From Candidatus Omnitrophota bacterium (lineage in GTDB: Bacteria; Omnitrophota; Gorgyraeia; 2-01-FULL-45-10): a stretch of DNA of 32,000 bases. Positions 24,679-32,000 of this stretch are shown in pieces. Numbering within the stretch: position 1 is the first letter of the stretch; each line of letters starts with the position of its first letter. The notes beneath the pieces were generated by a model, which made no database searches, was not told where the DNA came from, and worked only from the letters and a program-made list of their open reading frames with translations. The position numbers and the translations under genes were made by a program. The stretch spans positions 240,001-272,000 of the forward strand of contig JAMWCX010000002.1 in the NCBI GenBank assembly GCA_023818895.1, in the 5' to 3' direction.

Positions 24679-25478
24679 CTTCCTATGAAATAGAAAAGCG
24701 CCGTAAACAAGCAATCCGATGCTATTATCAATATAAAACTTATAACAACACTGGCTGTCGTGGAGCGGCCAACGCCTTCGGCGCCACCTTCTGTGGTCAT
24801 TCCTTCATAACATGAGACTATGCAAACTATGATAGCAAAGAAAAAACTCTTTATAAGGCCGGTATATAGGTCCTTGAGCTTGAGAGGGTCCCAGGTATTC
24901 TTTAGGTAAACGGCATGGGATATGTTCAGCTTGTAAACACCTATTAGGTATCCTCCAATTATACCTATGAAATCGGCATATACGGTAAGCAACGGCACCA
25001 TAACTATAAGAGCCAAAAAACGTGGAACAACCAGGTATTTTACGGGATTGGTGGCAAGAGTCTCAAGCGCATCTATCTGTTCGGTGACCTTCATGGTCCC
25101 AATTTCCGCCGTTATAGAAGCGCCTACCCTGCCCGCTACTATTAGAGCGGTAAGAACCGGACCTAGCTCTCTAAGCATTGAAAAGGCTACTAGCGACGCT
25201 ATGTACATCTCGGCGGCAAACCGCTGCATCTGGTAGGCGCTCTGCAAAGCAAGCACCATACCGGTAAACATGCTTATCATCGTGACTATCGGAAGGCTGT
25301 CTACGCCTATCTTGGACATTTGTTCAAAGATTTGACGCCGCCTCATGGGTGGTATAGGTATCCAAAACAGGGTCTGCCCCATAAGTATCGATAATCCGCC
25401 GGAGTATCTTACTATCTCCATGGCACGGTGGCCAACAAGGGAAGCGAGTCTTACGATTTTCAATATAGTCGTCTTCAT
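24675..25478 (-). CDS. mlaE: ABC transporter permease MlaE-like
   Basis: 267 aa multi-pass protein with MlaE-type motifs (RELGPVLTALIVAGRVGA..TAEIGTMKVTEQIDAL). Confidence 0.85.
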   Translation of the reverse strand: MKTTILKIVRLASLVGHRAMEIVRYSGGLSILMGQTLFWIPIPPMRRRQIFEQMSKIGVDSLPIVTMISMFTGMVLALQSAYQMQRFAAEMYIASLVAFSMLRELGPVLTALIVAGRVGASITAEIGTMKVTEQIDALETLATNPVKYLVVPRFLALIVMVPLLTVYADFIGIIGGYLIGVYKLNISHAVYLKNTWDPLKLKDLYTGLIKSFFFAIIVCIVSCYEGMTTEGGAEGVGRSTTASVVISFILIIASDCLFTALFYFIGR

Positions 25479-25480
25479 CC

Positions 25481-26935
25481 TCAGAACCTGTCCTTGTGCT
25501 CGAAACCGAAGAAACCGTCATCCTGCCCGATTCTTAATTTGAGGCTGTCGGTCGGCTGCAACTTGTATTCCAGCCTAACCTCATCGGAATCCCTTAAGCT
25601 CTCGTCTATCTTGCTATCATCGAATATTCTTTTGTATTCAATGTCGATATTTCCGTATACGTTCTTCTTCATACTTACCTTCCGACCGTCATGCACCCTC
25701 ATCGAGCTCCAATCATCCCAGCTAATAGCGCCGTCATCGGTAACAAGTTTTATGTTGTCGAATAAGCTGGCCTTGCCGGCGCGCCTCATGTCTATCTCGC
25801 CTGCCAGCGCAAAATAGCCGCTTTTTCTCATCACATGGGAATCCTCTATCTTTAGGAAAGGGAGATCTCCCTTAATGGTCGCGCTCAAGTTTTCAAAATC
25901 AAGGGGACCTATTGTGCCGTTCCGTATCTCAAAATCCGATGCTACTTTCATATTATGCAACAGGCCCTTAAGAGAGAACTTGCCGTTCAAAGTTCCGGTA
26001 ATGATGGAGGAGGCCTCCTTGGCTTCAATGGTCCCAATTAGCCAATTAAGGCTAAGGTTGTTTGCCAGTATCGTAAGATCGATTGCCACCGTATTCTTAA
26101 GACCGACCCTGCCATATATCCTGAAAAAATCTCCAAGACTCAGACTGTGAAGTTGTAGAGCACCATTTGAAACTGAGTATTTGGCCTTAAGGCCTGCTAC
26201 TTGTTTATAGTTTATTACTAACCTTCTGGTCTCAAGTTCACCATTAAGGCCTATTATGCAGCCGTCAGACGATTTAACAAAGTTGTTCTTGAGCACAACA
26301 TCGCAAACAACATCGAACCCGTAAAGCTTTAGATGGTAGGCCTTGATATTTACTGTTAAAATACCATCATCGGATATGTCCGCTACCAGCCTCAATAATC
26401 CCATATCAGGCCTTTCCGGCCTTATCTCCATATCAAATATATCGCCTTTGACGGTACCTTTAAAATCAACCCTCGACTTTCCAAAGAAGATAAGCCAGCC
26501 GCTTATGCTCGAATCAGTCAGATCTCCTTCGAGGGCCGTAAAGCCTTTGATACTGCCGTTACACATAGAGAAATTGGCGTAGATCGGCGAGTCCTTCTCC
26601 AAAAACACCGGCGCCATGGCAGATGGCCTCAATACCTCCCATAGATGATATTTAGTCTTTATGCTATTTATCTCCAAGGATTGCAAAAATACTGAACTTT
26701 TAGCCTGTTTTACCTTTATTCCATTTAAGGAGATAGGGTTTACGATGCCACCTTCGATGCTGCCAATAAAAAGTTTGACCTTCCCCCCAAACATCTCCTC
26801 CACCCTCGCCTCCGCGAGTCTCTTCAGTTCCGGAACAAGCGCCTCTATTCTAGTCTCCACCAGAAGGATTATGCAAAGCACAAGGAGAACTATCAATATC
26901 GCCTTAAATCTACGCCGCGTGCGTATGTGCCTCAT
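25481..26935 (-). CDS. membrane-anchored beta-rich protein, TamB/AsmA-like (tentative)
   Basis: 484 aa. Basic N-terminus plus one TM helix (RRRFKAILIVLLVLCIILLV), then repetitive beta-strand-like sequence. The C-terminus ...VRLEYKLQPTDSLKLRIGQDDGFFGFEHKDRF is reminiscent of TamB/DUF490 ends. The stop lies 2 nt before the mlaE start. Confidence 0.45.
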   Translation of the reverse strand: MRHIRTRRRFKAILIVLLVLCIILLVETRIEALVPELKRLAEARVEEMFGGKVKLFIGSIEGGIVNPISLNGIKVKQAKSSVFLQSLEINSIKTKYHLWEVLRPSAMAPVFLEKDSPIYANFSMCNGSIKGFTALEGDLTDSSISGWLIFFGKSRVDFKGTVKGDIFDMEIRPERPDMGLLRLVADISDDGILTVNIKAYHLKLYGFDVVCDVVLKNNFVKSSDGCIIGLNGELETRRLVINYKQVAGLKAKYSVSNGALQLHSLSLGDFFRIYGRVGLKNTVAIDLTILANNLSLNWLIGTIEAKEASSIITGTLNGKFSLKGLLHNMKVASDFEIRNGTIGPLDFENLSATIKGDLPFLKIEDSHVMRKSGYFALAGEIDMRRAGKASLFDNIKLVTDDGAISWDDWSSMRVHDGRKVSMKKNVYGNIDIEYKRIFDDSKIDESLRDSDEVRLEYKLQPTDSLKLRIGQDDGFFGFEHKDRF

Positions 26936-26983
26936 CCCTTAAATCCTATGCCATGCATCTCATCATCAAATCACAAAAGGCCT

Positions 26984-27015
26984 CAACGCTGTAAAAAAGA
27001 GGGCCTCTTAAGCTG
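26984..27015 (-). terminator. possible weak terminator after clpC
   Basis: Minus strand: GGCC(C)UC, 14-nt loop, GAGGCC, then UUUUG. The stem is short and bulged. Confidence 0.3.
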
Positions 27016-27043
27016 CTCGATATAAGATATGTTTATTTAATGG

Positions 27044-29500
27044 TTACTTCGATTTTGCCGTCTGGTTGTCGGATGCTGTGGTGAACTCCAAATGGTCCAC
27101 CTTGGCAGTCACCTTTACCTTGCCGCCCTTTTTAAAAGACCCCTTGATTATCTCTTCGGCAAGAGGGTCTTCCAGGAAGCGCTGTATGGTCCTTTTGAGT
27201 GGTCGCGCCCCGAACTGCTTATCGAAACCTCTCTCTATAAGGAAGTCTTTTGCTTCTTTGGTAAGCTCTATCTTTATATCCTGCTCTTTGAGCCTGGCCT
27301 CGACATCACCTATCTCTAGCTCGACTATCTTCTCGAGATCTTCTTTTGTAAGGGACCTGAATACGATTATATCGTCGACTCTGTTTAGAAATTCTGGCTT
27401 GAAAACGCGTTTAACCTCGTCGAGAAGGCGTTCCTTCATGCTCTGATAGGTCACCTCCTCGGCCTGGGATTTGAATCCTATGGATCCTTGCTTTCTCAGC
27501 ATTTCGGCGCCTATATTGGACGTCATTATTATTATCGTGTTCTTAAAATCAACTTTTCTGCCGAAAGAATCCGTAAGACGCCCCTCCTCAAGCATTTGTA
27601 AAAGAAGGTTAAAAACATCGGGGTGCGCCTTTTCTATCTCATCGAGAAGTACGACCGAATAGGGGCGCCTTCTAACCTTCTCTGTAAGTTGGCCGCCCTC
27701 TTCATAACCAACATATCCCGGTGGAGCACCGACGAGCCTGGATACATTAAACTTCTCCATGTATTCCGACATATCTATCTGTATGATCGCGTCTTCGTCT
27801 CCGAACATGAACTCGGCAAGAGCCCTTCCGACAAGCGTCTTCCCCACGCCCGTTGGCCCCAGGAATATAAAGGAGCCGATGGGCCTTCTCGGATCCTTTA
27901 TTCCGGCTCGCGATCTCCTAACCGCGTGTGCTATCGCTGATATAGCCTCATCCTGGCCTATGACGCGCTTATGGAGGGCTTCCTCCATCTTAAGAAACTT
28001 ATCCTGTTCCTTTTCCTCAAGTTTAACTATAGGTATACCGGTCCATTTCGAAACTATCGTCGCGATATCATCCGCGGTGACCTTGGGTTCAAATTTGCCT
28101 TTGGACTCTTTCCACTCTCTCTTTGTCTTATTCAACTCGTCCTTAAGCTTACGCTCTTCGTCTCTAAACTTAGCTGCCTTCTCGAAATCCTGGTTCTTCA
28201 CGGCGGCTTCTTTCTCCTGGCGCACAACCGCTATCCTCTCTTCGATATGCTTGACATCCGGAGGCGCTGTCATCACGGAAAGGCGCGACCTTGCGCCCGC
28301 CTCATCTATCAGGTCTATGGCTTTATCCGGCAGGTAGCGACCCGTTATGTAACGGTCCGAAAGCTTTGCGGCCGCCTCAAGAGCTTCATCGGTGAACTTT
28401 ACGCGATGATGCGCCTCGTATTTGTCGCGAAGGCCTTTGAGGATCTCTATGGTCTCCTCCACAGTCGGCGGTTCAACCATTATGGTCTGGAAACGCCGCT
28501 CAAGTGCGGCGTCCTTTTCTATATGTTTGCGATATTCATCGAGGGTGGTTGCCCCGATACACTGGATTTCACCGCGTGAAAGAGCCGGTTTCAATATGTT
28601 GGAGGCGTCTATCGCCCCTTCGGCGCCACCGGCGCCAACCAGCGTATGCAATTCATCGATGAAGATTATTATATCTTCGGATCTCTTTATCTCATCCATT
28701 ACCGCCTTGATCCTCTCCTCAAACTGCCCCCTGTACTTTGTGCCCGCCACCATGAGCGCGAGGTCCAGGATGATTATCCTCTGATCCTTCAGCACCTCAG
28801 GCACCTCTCCGGCCACAATCTTCTCAGCAAGCCCTTCGACGATAGCCGTTTTGCCAACACCCGCTTCTCCTAAAAGCACAGGATTATTCTTCGTCCGTCG
28901 TGAAAGTATCTGTATAACACGCTCGATCTCATTCTTCCTGCCTATGACAGGATCGAGCTTGTTTTCTCGTGCTAGCTTCGTAAGGTCCCTTCCGAATGCA
29001 TCTAGCGCCGGTGTCTTTGCCTGCGAAACCTTTTGCCCCATTTCATATCCCGGCACTTCGGAGCCGAGCAAGTTCATGACCTCTTCTCTTACTTTCTCAA
29101 GTTCCAGGCCTAGATTCATAAGAACCTGCGACGCCACACCTTCGCCCTCCCTTATAAGACCGAGCAAAAGATGTTCCGTTCCTATATAATTGTGGCCAAG
29201 AGAACGCGCCTCATCTATAGCCAGCTCTATAACCTTCTTTGCTTTAGGAGTGAAAGGGAGGTCTCCTGATACAACCGTGCTGGGGCCAGGCTGGACTAGT
29301 TTTTCAACCTCAAGCCTTATCTTGTCAGGACTTAAGCCGAAGCTCGCCAGGACGGCTGCGGCAACGCCTTCCCCTTCCCTCACAAGCCCCAAGAGTATGT
29401 GCTCAGTACCTATGTAATCATGGTTGAATCTCTTGGCCTCCTCTTTGGCAAGAAGTATAACCTTGCGAGCGCGTTCGGTAAAACGGTTGAACATCGGCAT
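27044..29500 (-). CDS. clpC: ATP-dependent Clp protease ATP-binding subunit ClpC
   Basis: 818 aa. Duplicated Clp_N repeat (GTEHILLGL / GTEHLLLGL), two AAA+ modules ([16 protein letters not shown]), a UVR-like linker ([11 protein letters not shown]). Confidence 0.95.
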   Translation of the reverse strand: MPMFNRFTERARKVILLAKEEAKRFNHDYIGTEHILLGLVREGEGVAAAVLASFGLSPDKIRLEVEKLVQPGPSTVVSGDLPFTPKAKKVIELAIDEARSLGHNYIGTEHLLLGLIREGEGVASQVLMNLGLELEKVREEVMNLLGSEVPGYEMGQKVSQAKTPALDAFGRDLTKLARENKLDPVIGRKNEIERVIQILSRRTKNNPVLLGEAGVGKTAIVEGLAEKIVAGEVPEVLKDQRIIILDLALMVAGTKYRGQFEERIKAVMDEIKRSEDIIIFIDELHTLVGAGGAEGAIDASNILKPALSRGEIQCIGATTLDEYRKHIEKDAALERRFQTIMVEPPTVEETIEILKGLRDKYEAHHRVKFTDEALEAAAKLSDRYITGRYLPDKAIDLIDEAGARSRLSVMTAPPDVKHIEERIAVVRQEKEAAVKNQDFEKAAKFRDEERKLKDELNKTKREWKESKGKFEPKVTADDIATIVSKWTGIPIVKLEEKEQDKFLKMEEALHKRVIGQDEAISAIAHAVRRSRAGIKDPRRPIGSFIFLGPTGVGKTLVGRALAEFMFGDEDAIIQIDMSEYMEKFNVSRLVGAPPGYVGYEEGGQLTEKVRRRPYSVVLLDEIEKAHPDVFNLLLQMLEEGRLTDSFGRKVDFKNTIIIMTSNIGAEMLRKQGSIGFKSQAEEVTYQSMKERLLDEVKRVFKPEFLNRVDDIIVFRSLTKEDLEKIVELEIGDVEARLKEQDIKIELTKEAKDFLIERGFDKQFGARPLKRTIQRFLEDPLAEEIIKGSFKKGGKVKVTAKVDHLEFTTASDNQTAKSK

Positions 29501-29538
29501 TGCGTCAATTCCTCCCTATTTCATTAAGGCCTTAAAGC

Positions 29539-30585
29539 CTATTTTAATTTTTCTCTGATCAGGTCCGCTCTTTTCACGTCACGTTCGTTCGACGTGAGAA
29601 CCTTGCCCTCCAGCTTCTGAAGATGGGCAGGCTGCGTCAATATGAAAAGCTCGTTCACCATAGTCTTATCTAGATTCTTCACTATACCAAGGTCAACGCC
29701 GAGGCGTATAGCGGAAAGCAGCGTTATCGTCTCGGCGCTGGAAATTATATGGGCGCTTTTAAGCGTGCCATACGCCCTTGAGACTCTGTCGACTAGCGCT
29801 TCTTTGTTTTTGGAAAGCACGTTCTTCCGCGTCATCTCTTCCCGAAGAACCGCCTGGCTTATTATCCTCTCTATATTGTCTATCATATCGTCTTCCGTCA
29901 TGCCCATGGAAGCCTGGTTCGAGACCTGGAAAATGTTCCCCGTCGCCTCTGTCCCCTCTCCATAGAGCCCCCGTATATTCAGGCCCAGTTTTGCGATTGC
30001 CTGAAGCACCTTGCCTATTTGTCCAGTAAACACAAGCGCCGGCATATGTATCATTATCGAACCTCGCAAGCCAGTGCCGGCGTTTGTCGGGCACGCCGTC
30101 ATATAACCCCATTTAGGTGAATAAGCATAAGGCAATCTTTTTGAAATTTCTGTGTCTATCTCATCGATTATCCGCCAGCATTCCCGAAGGTTCATACCTG
30201 ACTGAAGGACTTGTATTCTCAGGTGGTCCTCCTCGTTTATCATTATACTCACTATCTCTTTCGGATCTACGATCAGGCCTTTGAATTCCACATCTTTGGC
30301 ATGTTCAGGACTCATAAGATGTCTCTCAACAAGAAATAGTCGATCCACTTCGCTTAAGTCCTTTATCCTGAAAAATGTTGCGTCTTTAAGAAAGTTGGTG
30401 GCCATCACTGCCTGGCTGACCTGTGCAAGTATATCTTCAAGCTGGCGCTTGTTCGCCCAATTTGAAAAAGGCACCTTATCGATGTTTCTCGCAAGCCGTG
30501 TGCGCGAAGACATCACTATATCGGAATTAGGTCCTGTTCCCTTAAGCCATTCGCTGTCCTGCTTTAGAAAATCATCTATGGTCAT
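29539..30585 (-). CDS. mcsB: protein arginine kinase McsB
   Basis: 348 aa. ATP:guanido phosphotransferase motif CPTNAGTGLRGS. ATGA overlap with mcsA. Confidence 0.9.
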   Translation of the reverse strand: MTIDDFLKQDSEWLKGTGPNSDIVMSSRTRLARNIDKVPFSNWANKRQLEDILAQVSQAVMATNFLKDATFFRIKDLSEVDRLFLVERHLMSPEHAKDVEFKGLIVDPKEIVSIMINEEDHLRIQVLQSGMNLRECWRIIDEIDTEISKRLPYAYSPKWGYMTACPTNAGTGLRGSIMIHMPALVFTGQIGKVLQAIAKLGLNIRGLYGEGTEATGNIFQVSNQASMGMTEDDMIDNIERIISQAVLREEMTRKNVLSKNKEALVDRVSRAYGTLKSAHIISSAETITLLSAIRLGVDLGIVKNLDKTMVNELFILTQPAHLQKLEGKVLTSNERDVKRADLIREKLK

Positions 30586-31094
30586 CCTTTGGCCTTCCCA
30601 CTCTTACCTTTTCCCTCGAGTTCTCTTATCTTGTCTCTGAGTCTGGCTGCTTCTTCAAATTCTTCCGATTGAATCGCCTTTTCCAGCTGCATCTTAAGAG
30701 TCTGGAGCGTCTGTGTGTCCTTGATAGTTTTACCCGCACTTATAGGCACCTTGCCGACATGACGGTTTGCGCCGTGTATCCTTTTGAGCAATGGCTCAAG
30801 GTATTTACGGAAAGCTTCATAACATTCGCTGCAGCCAAGACGACCCATCTTTTTGAAATCATCGTATGTGAAGCCACAAGAGGGGCATTTAGCTGTCGTT
30901 ACAAGTTCCGGCTCGACGCCCGTGCCGAGATCAGTAAGGCCTGCCAGTAAGTCGCTCAATCCGAAGTGCTCCTCCATCTCGGCCCCTTTCTCCTTCGCGC
31001 AAGATTCACAGATGTGAAGCTTTGTTACCTTATCATTGATAATTTCCGTAAGATGGACCGTCGCTTCATTCTTCCCACAGATATCGCATAGCAT
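30582..31094 (-). CDS. mcsA: McsA (UvrB/UvrC-motif protein, activator of McsB)
   Basis: 170 aa. N-terminal CxxC pairs (CDIC...CESC; CPSC...CSEC) and C-terminal UVR motif EEFEEAARLRDKIRELE. Confidence 0.85.
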   Translation of the reverse strand: MLCDICGKNEATVHLTEIINDKVTKLHICESCAKEKGAEMEEHFGLSDLLAGLTDLGTGVEPELVTTAKCPSCGFTYDDFKKMGRLGCSECYEAFRKYLEPLLKRIHGANRHVGKVPISAGKTIKDTQTLQTLKMQLEKAIQSEEFEEAARLRDKIRELEGKGKSGKAKG

Positions 31095-31106
31095 TTTTGT
31101 AGGATT

Positions 31107-31121
31107 TCCCTCTTAAGTTAA
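31107..31121. promoter_or_regulatory. perfect 15-bp palindrome CTCTTAAGTTAAGAG overlapping the mcsA ribosome-binding region
   Basis: 7-1-7 inverted repeat. On the minus strand it runs into AAGAGGGAAA about 10 nt upstream of the mcsA ATG. Confidence 0.3.
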
Positions 31122-31175
31122 GAGCAGCGAGAAAAAATATTCGATTTCCTAACTATTCCCTATTAACCAACAACG

Positions 31176-32000
31176 CTAATACCTCACTCCATCAGTAGCG
31201 GTGAGCTTCTTAAATTCATTTCGCAGCTTTAGCGTAATCGCGCCGGGCTCGCCGGCACCTATCTTCCGGCCGTCAATAGCTACCACTGGTATGATTTCGG
31301 CCGCCGTACCTGTTAAGAATACTTCATCGGCCGCATAGACGTCCTCCATTCTCAGCATCTTCTCTTTAAACGGAATGCCATTACGCCTCGCTATGCCTAT
31401 CACCGCATCGCGAGTAATTCCCTCAAGCGCTCCAACATCTGGTGGGGGCGTCAAAAGCTCTCCGTCTTTCACTATAAAAATATTATCACCTGTGCACTCC
31501 GCAACGTAATCGTCATTTGTAAGCATGATCGCTTCTTCAGCGCCGGATTCTATCGCGTCTATCTTCGCAAGGATATTGTTAAGGTAATTAAGGGACTTGA
31601 TTCTTGGATCAAGCGCTTGCGGCAGGTTTCTTTTCGTAGTTGCTGTAACTATCGCCAGACCCTTTTCGTAGAATTCCTTGGGATATAGGGCTATCTTATC
31701 TGTTATGATAAATATTGTGGGTCTCTTGCACTTCCGCGGATCGAGCCCCAGATCTCCGACCCCCCTTGTCACTACAAGCCTTATATAGGCATCGGTTAAC
31801 CTATTGGCCTTAAGCGTCATTATTACCGCTTCCATCATCTCCATCTTAGTCAGCGGTATCTTAAGCTGAATGGCATCAGCCGATTTGTAAAGCCTGTCTA
31901 TGTGTTCCTTCAACCTAAAAACAAGGCTGTCATATGTCCGTATCCCTTCGAATACGCCGTCACCGTATAAAAGACCGTGGTCAAAAACAGACACAGCCGC
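31176..32000 (-). CDS. ilvE: branched-chain-amino-acid aminotransferase (class IV), N-terminus beyond the window end
   Basis: ...[23 protein letters not shown]..., [16 protein letters not shown] and the E.TG.N.F motif. The M at 31994 in the ORF track is an internal GTG (Val), and the frame stays open to nt 32000. Confidence 0.8.
   Translation of the reverse strand, partial: AAVSVFDHGLLYGDGVFEGIRTYDSLVFRLKEHIDRLYKSADAIQLKIPLTKMEMMEAVIMTLKANRLTDAYIRLVVTRGVGDLGLDPRKCKRPTIFIITDKIALYPKEFYEKGLAIVTATTKRNLPQALDPRIKSLNYLNNILAKIDAIESGAEEAIMLTNDDYVAECTGDNIFIVKDGELLTPPPDVGALEGITRDAVIGIARRNGIPFKEKMLRMEDVYAADEVFLTGTAAEIIPVVAIDGRKIGAGEPGAITLKLRNEFKKLTATDGVRY

Noticed and set aside
24679-24714. Upstream start (24714) for mlaF, overlapping mlaE by 40 nt
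   Set aside because: MIEIKDVYKSF from the ATG at 24678 is the typical ABC ATPase N-terminus and gives an ATGA overlap with the mlaE stop.
31095-31175. CtsR operator or CIRCE element upstream of mcsA
   Set aside because: There is no GGTCAAA heptad repeat and no TTAGCACTC-N9-GAGTGCTAA-like sequence. Only the unrelated 15-bp palindrome is reported, as a finding.
1-32000. CRISPR arrays, tandem DNA repeats, rRNA or tRNA genes
   Set aside because: No periodic direct repeats and no tRNA-like or rRNA-like stretches were seen. The only non-coding gaps over 100 nt (7731-8056, 14510-14725, 26936-27043) are accounted for by the promoter, leader and terminator elements described.

Overview
Every gene I can support in this 32-kb window lies on the minus strand: about 30 tightly packed CDS, with ATGA stop/start overlaps at tsaE/tsaB, mtnA/thiL, tatD/CPBP, mlaE/mlaF and mcsA/mcsB. 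Most of it is housekeeping in a Bacillus-like order: mcsA-mcsB-clpC, then PIN/TRAM(yacL-like)-ispD-ispF-cysE-cysS-tmk-holB-ricT-metG, then tatD. The tatD gene leads a CPBP-DUF362-mtnA-thiL-tsaE-tsaB-alr string. A diderm-type lipid-transport operon (TamB/AsmA-like plus mlaE-mlaF-mlaD) sits between clpC and the PIN/TRAM gene. The outlier is about 7.0-14.7 kb, a three-gene block wedged between metG and tatD. It holds (i) a signal-peptide transglutaminase/BTLCP(LapG)-like cysteine peptidase. It holds (ii) an 1813-aa signal-peptide protein with an apparently intact small-type glutamate dehydrogenase core, a uridine-kinase-like module, two kinds of internal repeat and an unassignable C-terminal domain. 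It holds (iii) a 238-aa Tyr/Asp-rich protein preceded by what reads as a c-di-GMP-I (GEMM-I)-like riboswitch with an unusual two-hairpin insertion and a terminator expression platform. Upstream of the block there is a near-consensus promoter, an A-rich leader and a strong intrinsic terminator. I saw no rRNA, tRNA, CRISPR array, transposase or integrase. The taxon cannot be assigned from the sequence alone. All homology calls come from motif recognition by eye, not database searches.
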